Source: an uncultured Verrucomicrobiae bacterium (GTDB lineage Bacteria; Verrucomicrobiota; Verrucomicrobiia; Limisphaerales; Palsa-1400). Taken from it: a DNA stretch of 64,000 nucleotides. Positions 36,999 through 47,169 of the stretch are shown piece after piece. The notes below the pieces were generated by a model, which was given only the letters and a program-made list of their open reading frames with translations, was not told where the DNA came from and did no database searches. The position numbers and the translations under genes were made by a program. Each line of letters begins with the position of its first letter. The first letter of the stretch is position 1. The stretch lies in the NCBI GenBank assembly GCA_963764165.1, contig CAVXRD010000001.1:1280001-1344000 (forward strand), given 5' to 3'.

Positions 36999-39155
36999 AT
37001 GAAAAATGTTCGTTTCGCGCTGGCCATCGCCAGCTTGTTTCTCGTCTCCAAGTCCCCAGCGATTTCGCTGGATGACATTCAATTATGGACCGGCAGCGGC
37101 ACCAATCGCGCCGCGCTTGTCATCGAATGGAATCCGCCGATTGTGTTTAATAACACCACCGTTCCCGCGCCGGTCGCGAACAAGACCCTGGTGTGGGGTT
37201 ATCGTTTCAATGGGGCGGCCACGGGAACCCAAATGTTCAATGCCATCGTTGCGGCCAATCCACAACTTTATGCCGTGGAGACCTACGACCCGTCCTTGGG
37301 CACCGGCATCGAAGCCATCGGGTTCAATCTTGACGGCAGCGGATTGGCGGGTGTCAGCGATGGAACGAATACCTTCCTTTCTGATGCATTCACCAATGGA
37401 ATTTTGACCAATCCGGATTTGGGGGCGGATGCCGCGTATTCGATAAACAGCGGCGATTTATTCTGGAGCAGTGATTACAACGGCCCGTATTGGCAGATTT
37501 GGAATGAGCTTGGCGACAGCGGCGCATTTTCAAATTCGCCAGAACGCGGAACCAACGCGTATTTTGATCCAAACACTTACAACCACGGCCAGTGGTCTTA
37601 CGCTGACTTCGGTCCGGATGACCTGACGCTCACCAATGGTTCGTGGATAGGATTTTCAATCGCACCGGACGGATACCCTGAAGACACGAACGCTCCAAGC
37701 TATTCCACGAACCTCTATATTTTCAACAATGACGTGCAAGCGCCGCCGTCGCCTGATGGCACTTATGTGGCTTACGTTTGCAACACCAATGATTTTGCGG
37801 TTCAAGTCGTCAGCACAAATGATATCGATGCCGCCGCTCCCTACAACCAGCCCGCGGCCGCGCTTGGACGTCCGACGCTGAAATTCATCGATCATTACAT
37901 GCCGCATCAAACGAGCATCATTCACCGGACAAAGATCGTTGAAGCGCCCTACTGGACTGACCCGAACACCAATGATGTGATCACCGAAATTTCCAGCGGC
38001 GGGCAGATTACGGTGAACATGGGGCGCAAAGTTTTCGACGACCCGAATAATCCTTATGGCGTCGACCTCATTATTTACGGCAATTCGTTTTTCTCCGCTT
38101 CAGGATACGGCGGGTCGGAGGTGGATGACTTTGCGGATTTGGGCGTTGCCACGTTAAGCACTGGAATTTTTGGCCATTCGACGACGGTTTCAGTCAGCCA
38201 GGATGGCGCCAACTGGTATTCCTTCAGCAATCTCTCCGAAATTTTCCCGGACAATGCCTATCGTTGGGATGATCCCAATCATTCGTGGACAGACGAGCAA
38301 CTGAATCCAACCAAACCGCTCAATCCATATATCTACACGAACAATTTCGGCGGCCAAACTGTCGCCAGCGGCCTGGACCAATTCGTTGGCGAGGCGGGCG
38401 GCACGGGCTTTGATTTGAAGGCATCCGGCCTCCCTTGGATTCAATACATCCGCGTGCAGCCGGGAGCGGGCGCCTACACTGTCATTGACGCGATTGCGGC
38501 GGTTGACCCGGTGGTGGTGGGCGACGCGCTCTCGATTGCGCCTGACAATCTGACTTCCGGCCTCACGAATTTGCTTTTCCAAAACCCCGCCAATTCCAGC
38601 CAGAATCTGATTACCGTCACGTTTAATTCCGTGAACGCCGTCGCAAAGGTAAGCACAGTTAGTTTGAGCGATTTTTCCGCGTTCGCGCCAGTCATTGGCA
38701 ATTTGTCCAGCGCGTATCAAATCACCGCAAAAGCGGTGACAGGGACGAACACCGTCAACTACACGGCTGCGGTCGGATTGCGCGCGGGCGCAAATTACAC
38801 CGGCAACGGCGGCGACTTGCGCGTCTATCAATGGAACGGCGGCAACTGGTTGCCGCAGGCGTTCAGCTTTGACGCGGCGAACCATGAAGCCCTCATCGCG
38901 GGCGTCACGAATTTTTCCGCCTTCGTGGTGTCTCAGATTGCGCCGCCGCAGTTGACGGCTGTGAGCGCATCGAATGGGTTCGTCTTAAAATTCACGCCGG
39001 TGGCGAACTGCCCGAACATCGTAGAACGCTCTGCCGATTTGATGATGTGGACTCCGATCGCAACCAACATGCCAGCCAGCGCACAGCCTATCACGTTGCA
39101 AGATCCAAATGCGCCCGCAGGCAGCGCATTTTATCGCGTGCTTGCGCAACCCTGA
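36999..39155 (+). CDS. Secreted, B12-riboswitch-controlled protein; putative corrinoid-binding surface protein with C-terminal FYR module
   Basis: Signal peptide; first domain [21 protein letters not shown]...LVWGYRF; second domain GGQITV...[14 protein letters not shown]...VSQDG.NWY...GGTGFDL...IQYIRV; C-terminus [10 protein letters not shown]...FYRVLAQP. Confidence 0.85.
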   Translation: MKNVRFALAIASLFLVSKSPAISLDDIQLWTGSGTNRAALVIEWNPPIVFNNTTVPAPVANKTLVWGYRFNGAATGTQMFNAIVAANPQLYAVETYDPSLGTGIEAIGFNLDGSGLAGVSDGTNTFLSDAFTNGILTNPDLGADAAYSINSGDLFWSSDYNGPYWQIWNELGDSGAFSNSPERGTNAYFDPNTYNHGQWSYADFGPDDLTLTNGSWIGFSIAPDGYPEDTNAPSYSTNLYIFNNDVQAPPSPDGTYVAYVCNTNDFAVQVVSTNDIDAAAPYNQPAAALGRPTLKFIDHYMPHQTSIIHRTKIVEAPYWTDPNTNDVITEISSGGQITVNMGRKVFDDPNNPYGVDLIIYGNSFFSASGYGGSEVDDFADLGVATLSTGIFGHSTTVSVSQDGANWYSFSNLSEIFPDNAYRWDDPNHSWTDEQLNPTKPLNPYIYTNNFGGQTVASGLDQFVGEAGGTGFDLKASGLPWIQYIRVQPGAGAYTVIDAIAAVDPVVVGDALSIAPDNLTSGLTNLLFQNPANSSQNLITVTFNSVNAVAKVSTVSLSDFSAFAPVIGNLSSAYQITAKAVTGTNTVNYTAAVGLRAGANYTGNGGDLRVYQWNGGNWLPQAFSFDAANHEALIAGVTNFSAFVVSQIAPPQLTAVSASNGFVLKFTPVANCPNIVERSADLMMWTPIATNMPASAQPITLQDPNAPAGSAFYRVLAQP

Positions 39156-39183
39156 TGCAAGAGCGACGATCAAGGAAATGTCG

Positions 39184-40050
39184 ATGAGGCGGCGACAGAT
39201 CAGTCGTAGCGCAGGTTTCCAAACCTGCTGTATCGCAGGTTTCCAAGCCTGCATGCGATGTCATGGCAAGCGGATTTGGAAATCCGCGACACAGCAGGTT
39301 TGGAAACCTGCGCTACGGCTTCGCCGGGCATTCACCTTGATTGAATTGCTCGTCGTCATCGCCATCATCGCGATTCTTGCCGCATTGCTTTTGCCCGCGC
39401 TGGCAGGCGCCAAGGTTCACGCCAAGGGCATCCAATGCTTGAGCAACTTGCGGCAGATGACCATCGCCGCGGAGGGTTATACCAGCGACAACGCCGGCTG
39501 TTATCCAATTGCGCAATACTGGGATGACGATCAAGGAACAACTGTTTGCTGGGACTTGACAGTGGTTTATGATGTCAATAATAACGCTTCCGTGATTCCC
39601 GGCCTTCTTTGGGGAGGGCGCAGCAACATAAAAATTCAGCAATGCCCCTCGTTTGATGGCAGCGCCGATTGGGTGGACAATCCCTCCACCGGCTACAATT
39701 ACAACACGAGCTATATTGGCCACGGCGAGGGAGAGGCGGTCGAAGAGCCGGCCGTCATCTCCGCGCTCCAACATCCAGCGAAAACCGCCATTTTCGGGGA
39801 CGGGCAGTATTCGGCGGGAGCGGACAAATTCATGCGCGCACCCTGGCCGAATCCCGGCGATGCGACCTTCAGCGGTCGATGGAGCGGCACGCAAGGTTTC
39901 CGCCACCAAAATCGCTGCAACGTCGGATTTTGCGATGGCCACGCCGAATCGTTGTCGGCGTGTTATACCAACAATGCCGACGGCGCGGCCAACGTCGCAC
40001 CCGGCACGGGATTTCTTTCGGCGAGCAATTCGATGTATCAGCTCCAGTAA
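39184..40050 (+). CDS. Prepilin-type N-terminal cleavage/methylation protein with H-X9-DG C-terminal motif (DUF1559-like)
   Basis: [48 protein letters not shown] (exact H-X9-DG). Start 39184 follows AAGGA; 39178 is an alternative. Confidence 0.92.
   Translation: MRRRQISRSAGFQTCCIAGFQACMRCHGKRIWKSATQQVWKPALRLRRAFTLIELLVVIAIIAILAALLLPALAGAKVHAKGIQCLSNLRQMTIAAEGYTSDNAGCYPIAQYWDDDQGTTVCWDLTVVYDVNNNASVIPGLLWGGRSNIKIQQCPSFDGSADWVDNPSTGYNYNTSYIGHGEGEAVEEPAVISALQHPAKTAIFGDGQYSAGADKFMRAPWPNPGDATFSGRWSGTQGFRHQNRCNVGFCDGHAESLSACYTNNADGAANVAPGTGFLSASNSMYQLQ
39205..39317. repeat. GTAG-type REP doublet (REPIN-like) inside the prepilin leader
   Basis: Perfect 27-bp terminal inverted repeats CGTAGCGCAGGTTTCCAAACCTGCTGT; each arm contains the hairpin GCAGGTTT-CC-AAACCTGC. 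Confidence 0.85.
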
Positions 40051-40312
40051 CTGATCGAGTTCCAGATTCAATTAATCGCAGCCCGCGCAAGCACGGCGGC
40101 AATTTATGTTGTTCATTAGTCAATCATTGACTATAAAGGATCAGCACATTATGCCGATAGTCAGTTAGCCGCCGTCAGCTTTTGAATTGCGGGATGCGAA
40201 ACATGCCTGTTCGAACTGAAATAAGAATTCCGATGTTCGACGCGATAAGCCTTGAGCCGGTCGCCTTGGATTCTCCCGTGCAAGGACTGCGCCAGGCTGC
40301 GGGGTTGTTCTC

Positions 40313-42493
40313 ATGACCGCCGTTGACTATCCAAAGCTGGACGGTGTGAAAAACACGCGCATCCTGATCGTGGACGATAATCCCTCGATCCATGATGACA
40401 TCCGCAAAATCTTATGCGGCAAGAGCGCATCCCGGCGGGCCCTGGGCAAAATTGAATCGCTCCTTTTTGACCAGGAAGAGCCGGAGCAGGAGGAAACGGC
40501 TTTTGAAATCGAGTCCGCTTTTCAAGGGCAGGAAGCGCTGCGAAAGGTGGAGCAAGCGGTGGAAAAGGGCGACCCCTACGCGGTCGCTTTTGTCGACGTG
40601 CGGATGCCCTCCGGCTGGGATGGCGTGGAAACGGTTCGGCACATCTGGGAGAACCATCCCGATCTTCAAATTGTCATATGCACAGCCTATTCCGATTATT
40701 CCTGGGAGCAAATGATCGAGCGCATCGGAAAATCCGATAATTTGCTCATCCTCAAAAAACCCTTTGACAACCTGGAGGTGCTCCAGATGGCCCACGCGCT
40801 GACGGAAAAATGGCGTCTCGGCCACGAGTTGCAGGGGAGGCTGCGCGACCTTGATTCGCTTGTGCGGCTGCGCACGGCGGAATTGCAAACGGCCAATGGC
40901 CATCTCAAAAAAGAAATCGCGGAGCGGGCGGCCCTGGAAAGCGCGCTGCGCATGTCGGAGGAGCGCTTTTCCAAGGCGTTCAAGGCCAGCCCGCTGCCTG
41001 TTGCCATCCAGTCGCTTCGCGATGAAAAATTTATTGATGCCAATGAGGGATTTTCCGCCCTCACCGGCTACGAGCGGGAGGAATTGATGGGGCGCACCAG
41101 CGCTGAAATGCAACTGTGGGGCGGCCAGGCTGATAGCGCCGCCATTCTTCGGAAACTCCGCGAGGAACTGTCCGTGCGGAACCTGCCGTGCTCTCTTCTC
41201 ACCAAACGCAAGGCACTCCGGCAAGTGCTGCTGTCGGTGGAATTGTTCGAGTTGATGGACGGCCCTTACCTGCTGATCATCGCCACCGATGTCACCGAGC
41301 AGCTTGCGCTGGAGGAGCAATTGCGCCAGGCGCAAAAGATGGAAGCGGTCGGGCAGCTTGCCGCCGGAGTGGCGCACGATTTCAACAACATCCTCACTGT
41401 CATCCAGGGGCACGTCAGCCTGATTAGCGCCGACGAGCCACCGGAATCCGACCACCAAACGTCCTTAAAGGCAGTGCTCCGCGCCGCGGAGCGGGCCACC
41501 AAGCTGGTAGCCCAATTGCTTGCCTTTAGCCGCAAGCAAATCATAAAAATCCGCCCGCTCAAGATTGACCAGACCTTGCGCACGCTCGAAGAAATGTTCA
41601 GGCGCGTCGTGCCGGAAAATGTGACAATCAAGGTTATCGCCAATGCCCCGCAGACTGAAGTCAACGCCGACGCAGCCATGCTCGACCAGTTGCTGATGAA
41701 TCTCGTCGTCAACGCCCGGGATGCGATGCCGGACGGAGGTGAATTGACGCTTTCTTCGGAGACGCTTGATTTGGAGCCAAGAACGCTGCCGGATAATCCC
41801 GAATTGCGGCCAGGCAAATTCGTGCGCATCCGCGTGGCCGACACTGGCTGCGGCATCCCAAAGGAGCATTTGCCGAGGATTTTCGAGCCGTTCTTCACCA
41901 CCAAACCTGTCGGCAAAGGCACTGGCCTCGGTTTGGCGGCTGTTTACGGCATTGCCAAACAGCACGGCGGCTGGATCACGGTCGACAGCCAAGTTGGCAA
42001 GGGAACAAACTTTGATCTGTTTCTGCCGCTCCACGAATCCGTCAGGAAGGAGGTTGAGACAAAGGTCGTCGCGCTGTCCCTCAAAGGCGGCACGGAAACT
42101 ATTTTGGTCGTGGAGGATGACGAGGACGTCCTCTCGTTTGTCGTATCGGTCCTGGCCGGGCAGGGTTACAACATCATTCCCGCGCGGTCAGGCCGGCAGG
42201 CGAACGATATTTGGGCTGCCCGCACAGTCAAAATCCATCTTCTCCTCACGGATGTCATCATGCCCGGCGGACTCAATGGGAGGCAGCTTGCCGAAAAGCT
42301 TTCAGCCGAAGATCCGGAACTTCGCGTGCTTTACACCAGCGGATACAGCGAAGATTTCGCGGGCAAAAAGTTGGTCGAACAAGGCAAGAGCGATTTTTTG
42401 AGCAAACCGTTCGAGGTGCCGGTTTTGATCCAGCGGGTCCGCGCCTGCCTTGATTCCGCCGGCAAAGGCGCAGCGCCTCCTGTGCAGACCTGA
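40313..42493 (+). CDS. Hybrid histidine kinase REC-PAS-HisKA-HATPase-REC
   Basis: [63 protein letters not shown]. Confidence 0.95.
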   Translation: MTAVDYPKLDGVKNTRILIVDDNPSIHDDIRKILCGKSASRRALGKIESLLFDQEEPEQEETAFEIESAFQGQEALRKVEQAVEKGDPYAVAFVDVRMPSGWDGVETVRHIWENHPDLQIVICTAYSDYSWEQMIERIGKSDNLLILKKPFDNLEVLQMAHALTEKWRLGHELQGRLRDLDSLVRLRTAELQTANGHLKKEIAERAALESALRMSEERFSKAFKASPLPVAIQSLRDEKFIDANEGFSALTGYEREELMGRTSAEMQLWGGQADSAAILRKLREELSVRNLPCSLLTKRKALRQVLLSVELFELMDGPYLLIIATDVTEQLALEEQLRQAQKMEAVGQLAAGVAHDFNNILTVIQGHVSLISADEPPESDHQTSLKAVLRAAERATKLVAQLLAFSRKQIIKIRPLKIDQTLRTLEEMFRRVVPENVTIKVIANAPQTEVNADAAMLDQLLMNLVVNARDAMPDGGELTLSSETLDLEPRTLPDNPELRPGKFVRIRVADTGCGIPKEHLPRIFEPFFTTKPVGKGTGLGLAAVYGIAKQHGGWITVDSQVGKGTNFDLFLPLHESVRKEVETKVVALSLKGGTETILVVEDDEDVLSFVVSVLAGQGYNIIPARSGRQANDIWAARTVKIHLLLTDVIMPGGLNGRQLAEKLSAEDPELRVLYTSGYSEDFAGKKLVEQGKSDFLSKPFEVPVLIQRVRACLDSAGKGAAPPVQT

Positions 42494-42502
42494 TCAATCG
42501 GC

Positions 42503-45500
42503 ATGATCCGCGCGAGCCAAATTCGATCAACCCGGCGGAGCAGTTGGCTTCCATGCATTTTGCTTCTGCCATGCATCGTGACGGGTCGCGCCGCGGGCCA
42601 GACAACAAGCCCAGATTTGATCAAGCCGAACGACCTTGACTGGATCGGTTTCTCCGCCGACGAGGCTCGCAAAAGTCATCCGGTCGAGTTGGAGGGCATC
42701 GTCCTTTGCTACGATTTCTCTTGGAACCAATTTTACGTTTCCGATCAAAAGTCCGCCACCTACCTCAGCCCAAAAGCGTTTACCAACAGGTTCAATATCG
42801 GCCAGCATGTCAAAATACATGGCCTCACCACTTGGGATGGCTTGATGCCGGTTCTGACCAACACCAGCGTCGAGAACCTCGGGCAGATGCGCCTGCCCGC
42901 GGCCGTGCCGTTGAAAATCTCGGAGTTGCGCACGCTGCAGGGGCAATGGATTCAAACTGTCGGCGAGGTGCGCATCGCGGAGGCCAGCCGCGGGCGGATC
43001 ACCCTCGTGCTGCGCGACGGAAAGCAAACATGCTTTGTTTACATTCTTGAGACGACAGGGACAAACGCCTTTCGGCAGTTTGCGGACTGCCAGGTAAGCG
43101 TCCGCGGCATTAACGGCAGCCGCATCGTTGGAAATCAACTCGAAGCCGCCATTTTCTGCCCTTCGCTGGATTTTGCCACCGTAACTCTGAAACCCAATTC
43201 GCCCCGGTGGGCGATGCCGGTCACTTCTGTCGAGACGGCGGTGGGAGCGGCATCCACCACCGGGAGGGATAAGCTGGTGCATTTGAATGGATTGGTGCGG
43301 TCCTGCGTGCCGGGGGCGTCCGTAACATTGCAGGATCCGACCGGCATCATTTCCGCAAAGGTAACTCAACTGACTCAGGTCGCGGCCGGCCAGCGCATCG
43401 ATCTTTGGGGATATTGCGCTTTTGAGCACAACGCGCCATCTCTCATTGACGCCAGTTTCGAGGTCCTCGGCCCGAACCACAGTGAGCGGCCCAGGCCAAA
43501 AGCAAGAACTCCGCAGCTTGGAGAATCGGCGCTGACGAACATCAGCCAGATCCGGATGCTGTCCCGCGAGAAGGCGGACGAAAACCTGCCTGTCAGCGTC
43601 AGCGGCGTCGTCACCTTCGCCGACCCGCACTGGCACGTGACGTTTGTGCAGGACGCGAAGGACGCCGTTTTTGTTGACACAGGCGAGACCGAATTGATTT
43701 CGGGGCAGTTTGTCAAAGTAACAGCGCAAACCGACGGCTCGGGGTTCGCGCCCGGTCTTCTCAATGCCTCGGTCGAAGTCCTCGGCGTGACCAATCTTCC
43801 GGTTCCAATCAAGGCCAGCCTGCGTGACGCAGCCGACGGGCATCTGGACTCCGAATGGGTGGAAATGGAGGGCGTCGTGCATCACGCCACCGATGAAAGC
43901 GGGCGGCTGGAATTGAAGATCACCGGATACGATGGCAGCTTTGATGCAGTGGTCTTTGATTCCCGGGGCCTGGACACGGCGCGCTTGATCGACTCGCTGG
44001 TGAGCATTCGCGGGGCCTGCGGATCGAGTGTCAACACTCGCGGGCAAATCAGCGGGGTGACGCTTCATGTGCCTTCGCAGGGCCAGATTGCGATTCTTGA
44101 CGCCGGGCCTGGCGACCCTTTCGGCCTTCCAACTCGTTCGATTTCTTCGGTGGCCACATTCAATCCGAACCAAATTACTTCCCGCCGCCTGAAAATCACC
44201 GGCGTCGTCAGCCTGGTCATGCGCAAAGAGGGCTTTTACTTGCAGGACCATTCCGGCGGATTGCGCGTGCCGTGCCAGATTACCAATGAGTTGAAGGCAG
44301 GGGATTGCGTTGAAGTCACCGGGTTTCCGGCCTTCTCGGAACATTCGCCGTGCGTCGATGAAGCGGTGTATCGAGTGATTCGCCACGAGAATATTCCCGC
44401 CGCCAAAAAAACCACCGCGCTGGACATCCTGCGCGACGGCGTTCTCGGCGGGCAGGAAATCGAATTGAGCGCACAGGTGCTGCAGAGCCAGTTCAACATG
44501 GCCCAGCGCCGCCTCGTGCTGCAGGACGGGCCGATCATCTTCACCGCCCAGGCGCTCTATTCCGCCGGGGGCGGATCCATTTCCGAGCTGGAGCCGGGAT
44601 GCATCGCGCGGGTGCGCGGCGTCTGCGCCATGCAATGGACGGACACCAGCGAACCGGAAAGCTTCCGCGTGTTCCTGCGCAGCGCCGGCGACGTTGCCGA
44701 AATTGAAGGCGCACCGTGGTGGACGCCGCGGCATTGGATGTTCGTCCTGTCCGGCGTGGCGGCGAGCTTCGTGATCGCCGGCAGTTGGGTGATTGCCCTC
44801 CGCCGCCGCGTCCGAGCCCAGACGGAAATCATCCGCGAAAAGCAAAAAGAGCTTCTCGACGTTTCGCGCCGGGCCGGAATGGCGGAAGTCGCGACCAGCG
44901 TGCTCCACAACGTCGGCAACGTGCTCAACAGCGTCAACGTCAGCGCCACCATCGTCGCCGACAAGGTAAAAAACTCGTCCGTCTCCAGCATGGAGCGCGC
45001 GTGCGGCCTCCTCCAGGAGCATCGCGCGGATCTGGGAACATTCGTGACCGACCACCCCAAGGGCAGGCACCTTCCCACTTTTATCAGCGCCGTGACCGAG
45101 GATTGGCGGGCCGAAACCGACAGCCTCCGCAAGGAAGTCGAGTCGCTCCGCCACCATATCGATCATGTCAATGAAATAGTCTCGATGCAGCAGAATTTTG
45201 CCACGGCGGCGGGCATCGTCGAAAGAGTCAAGCCGCGGGAAGTCGTCGAAGACGCCCTGCTGATGAATTCCGGGGCAGCCGCGCGCCATGAAATTTCAAT
45301 CGTGCGTGAATACGACGAGAGCGTCGGATTCATCTCCGTCGAGCGCCACAAGCTGCTGCAGATTCTCGTCAACCTCGTCAACAACGCCAAGCACGCCTGC
45401 GTCTCCTGCGACGAGCCCGGGCGGGAGATCAGGCTTGGCGTCAAGAAGAATGCGGACATGGTTCGCATTTCTGTTGTTGACAATGGAACGGGCATCAAGC

Positions 45501-45709
45501 CCGAGCATTTGCCGCTTATATTTAATTTTGGGTTCACCACCCGCCCGAACGGCCACGGTTTCGGCCTGCACAGCAGCGCCATCGCCGCCACCGAGATGGG
45601 CGGCAGGCTCGCCGTCAAAAGCGATGGCCCCGGCAAAGGCGCCTGCTTCACACTCGATATTCCTTGCTCGGCCACCCTCAAAGCAGGACAGAAAGACGCG
45701 CAAGCGTAA
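42503..45709 (+). CDS. Membrane sensor histidine kinase with a long repetitive extracytoplasmic region
   Basis: Signal-like N-terminus; repeated V.L.G.V...Y/F.QD...G..V...G units; TM after PWWTPRH; GMAEVATSVLHNVGNVLN; FGFTTR..GHGFGLH. Confidence 0.9.
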   Translation: MIRASQIRSTRRSSWLPCILLLPCIVTGRAAGQTTSPDLIKPNDLDWIGFSADEARKSHPVELEGIVLCYDFSWNQFYVSDQKSATYLSPKAFTNRFNIGQHVKIHGLTTWDGLMPVLTNTSVENLGQMRLPAAVPLKISELRTLQGQWIQTVGEVRIAEASRGRITLVLRDGKQTCFVYILETTGTNAFRQFADCQVSVRGINGSRIVGNQLEAAIFCPSLDFATVTLKPNSPRWAMPVTSVETAVGAASTTGRDKLVHLNGLVRSCVPGASVTLQDPTGIISAKVTQLTQVAAGQRIDLWGYCAFEHNAPSLIDASFEVLGPNHSERPRPKARTPQLGESALTNISQIRMLSREKADENLPVSVSGVVTFADPHWHVTFVQDAKDAVFVDTGETELISGQFVKVTAQTDGSGFAPGLLNASVEVLGVTNLPVPIKASLRDAADGHLDSEWVEMEGVVHHATDESGRLELKITGYDGSFDAVVFDSRGLDTARLIDSLVSIRGACGSSVNTRGQISGVTLHVPSQGQIAILDAGPGDPFGLPTRSISSVATFNPNQITSRRLKITGVVSLVMRKEGFYLQDHSGGLRVPCQITNELKAGDCVEVTGFPAFSEHSPCVDEAVYRVIRHENIPAAKKTTALDILRDGVLGGQEIELSAQVLQSQFNMAQRRLVLQDGPIIFTAQALYSAGGGSISELEPGCIARVRGVCAMQWTDTSEPESFRVFLRSAGDVAEIEGAPWWTPRHWMFVLSGVAASFVIAGSWVIALRRRVRAQTEIIREKQKELLDVSRRAGMAEVATSVLHNVGNVLNSVNVSATIVADKVKNSSVSSMERACGLLQEHRADLGTFVTDHPKGRHLPTFISAVTEDWRAETDSLRKEVESLRHHIDHVNEIVSMQQNFATAAGIVERVKPREVVEDALLMNSGAAARHEISIVREYDESVGFISVERHKLLQILVNLVNNAKHACVSCDEPGREIRLGVKKNADMVRISVVDNGTGIKPEHLPLIFNFGFTTRPNGHGFGLHSSAIAATEMGGRLAVKSDGPGKGACFTLDIPCSATLKAGQKDAQA

Positions 45710-45879
45710 TTCCACGGCCAACGCGGAGCGATTGCTGGGCGAGCACGGCATTCCCCAGGACAGCGCGGAAGAGCGCGCCAGTTCGCGTTGCGGATGGAGC
45801 GGAGGCGAGACGAAGGCGAAAGCGGCGATGCGCCTGCGGAAGGAAAAGACAGTGACCGTGAAATGGATAGCTATCTATT

Positions 45880-46232
45880 ACTGATACTTTTAATGGCGTT
45901 AAATATGAGTCTGATGTGACCCATGATCGTTTAGCGAAATGCCCGGTTTGGAAAAAAAATCAAGCGAATCCCCCCGTGAGTGTGAGGGATGCTACTCCGC
46001 TTCGAAAAAGGAGATCGGACAGCTGGTTCCAGATTCAGCCAAATGGAGTTTGTACTCGATTCAGCTATGTCCGCTCCACGGCGAGAAGGCGTGGTACTAT
46101 CTAGCAACATTTGAGCCCCCATACAATAAATTCGGAACGACAGGGCACCGGCATGTACTTCAGGCAATTGTCCTTATGGACGGGGCTTCGGTTCATCCTA
46201 AAACGACCGTGATTAAACAGCCTCCGCATTGA
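45880..46232 (+). pseudogene. Probable frameshifted remnant of a small hypothetical protein
   Basis: One frame reads ...KCPVWKKNQANPPVSVRDA and a second frame continues YSASKK...WYYLATF...IVLMDGASVHP; frame switch near 45990; no intact start; AT-rich region. Confidence 0.4.
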
Positions 46233-46670
46233 CGGTAAAATGAACAGGGCGATGACGCTGTGCCAAAAGAAATCATCGTATGAAGCAGAGGGGTTAGATC
46301 CACACAATCACATATTTTGCCTTGAGGGTGAATGAGCAAGGGCGCAAAGTTGGCGCATGCCGCGCAAGATGCGTGTTGAATATCCAGGTGCTCTTTACCG
46401 CTTGATGAGGGCTTTGTGTTAACAGATAAGTGATCCGGGACGACTCTACGGCGTGATTCGGCAGCCACGATGGCGATGGAGAAACTTTCGTTTGCATTGA
46501 GCGGCACGCGAGTTATATTGGCTCAGGTTAAAGACTCAACTTGGATCCAAGGCTAAAAGTCGGGGAATTGAGAGATCAGCGCCGATAATTCAAGCAAGTT
46601 GCCGCCGCAAAATCCTTGCGCGCCACCCGACCTGGCAACGAGAGCCTTTAACCGATTTTTTTGAGTGTAA

Positions 46671-46770
46671 GGTGGGGGCGCCTCGGCGAGGCGCCCGAGT
46701 GCGGTGGCGTTTTCCGAACGCGTTCGGATTGGTGAGAGTCCCCGGACGCCTCGGCGAGGCGTCCCTGCCT
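46671..46770. repeat. REP-like doublet
   Basis: GGGCGCCTCGGCGAGGCGCCC ... GGACGCCTCGGCGAGGCGTCCCTGCC; same core as 35156. Confidence 0.65.
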
Positions 46771-46831
46771 GTTCCTTTCCCCATGTTGTCTTGATGCGAG
46801 AATGCTCTCGTGCTATTTGGCTGTTGGCCGC

Positions 46832-47155
46832 ATGCGCGCTTTCTTTCGCCACTGTTGGATGTGGATGGCAACATTTTTGTTGCTGGCCGGGTGCTCTGAC
46901 TCGATCGATAAACTCGACGTGAAACCCGCCGGGGCCCGGATGACACCGCGCGAGGTCCTTCATCTCGCCCACATTGTCTCCGAGCAACAGGGAATCAACC
47001 TGCGCCACTTCAACGAGCCGGAATGCAGTTATGAATCCGTGCGCCCGCGCACCTGGCAGGTCTTCTTTGGATCGAAAAGCACGCGCGATTGGAAGCCGTT
47101 TTTTGTTTACATCGAAGATCAGACCAGGGAAGCGCGCTTTATCGAAATGCCGTGA
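46832..47155 (+). CDS. Small hypothetical lipoprotein
   Basis: Lipobox LLLAGC; start uncertain (46832, 46859 or 46865). Confidence 0.6.
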   Translation: MRAFFRHCWMWMATFLLLAGCSDSIDKLDVKPAGARMTPREVLHLAHIVSEQQGINLRHFNEPECSYESVRPRTWQVFFGSKSTRDWKPFFVYIEDQTREARFIEMP

Positions 47156-47169
47156 CGCGCAGGCTTGTT

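Noticed and set aside
42527..45289. 920-aa ORF antisense to the sensor kinase
   Set aside because: Shadow ORF caused by GC-rich codon bias; no recognisable motifs, and it fully overlaps a well-supported gene.
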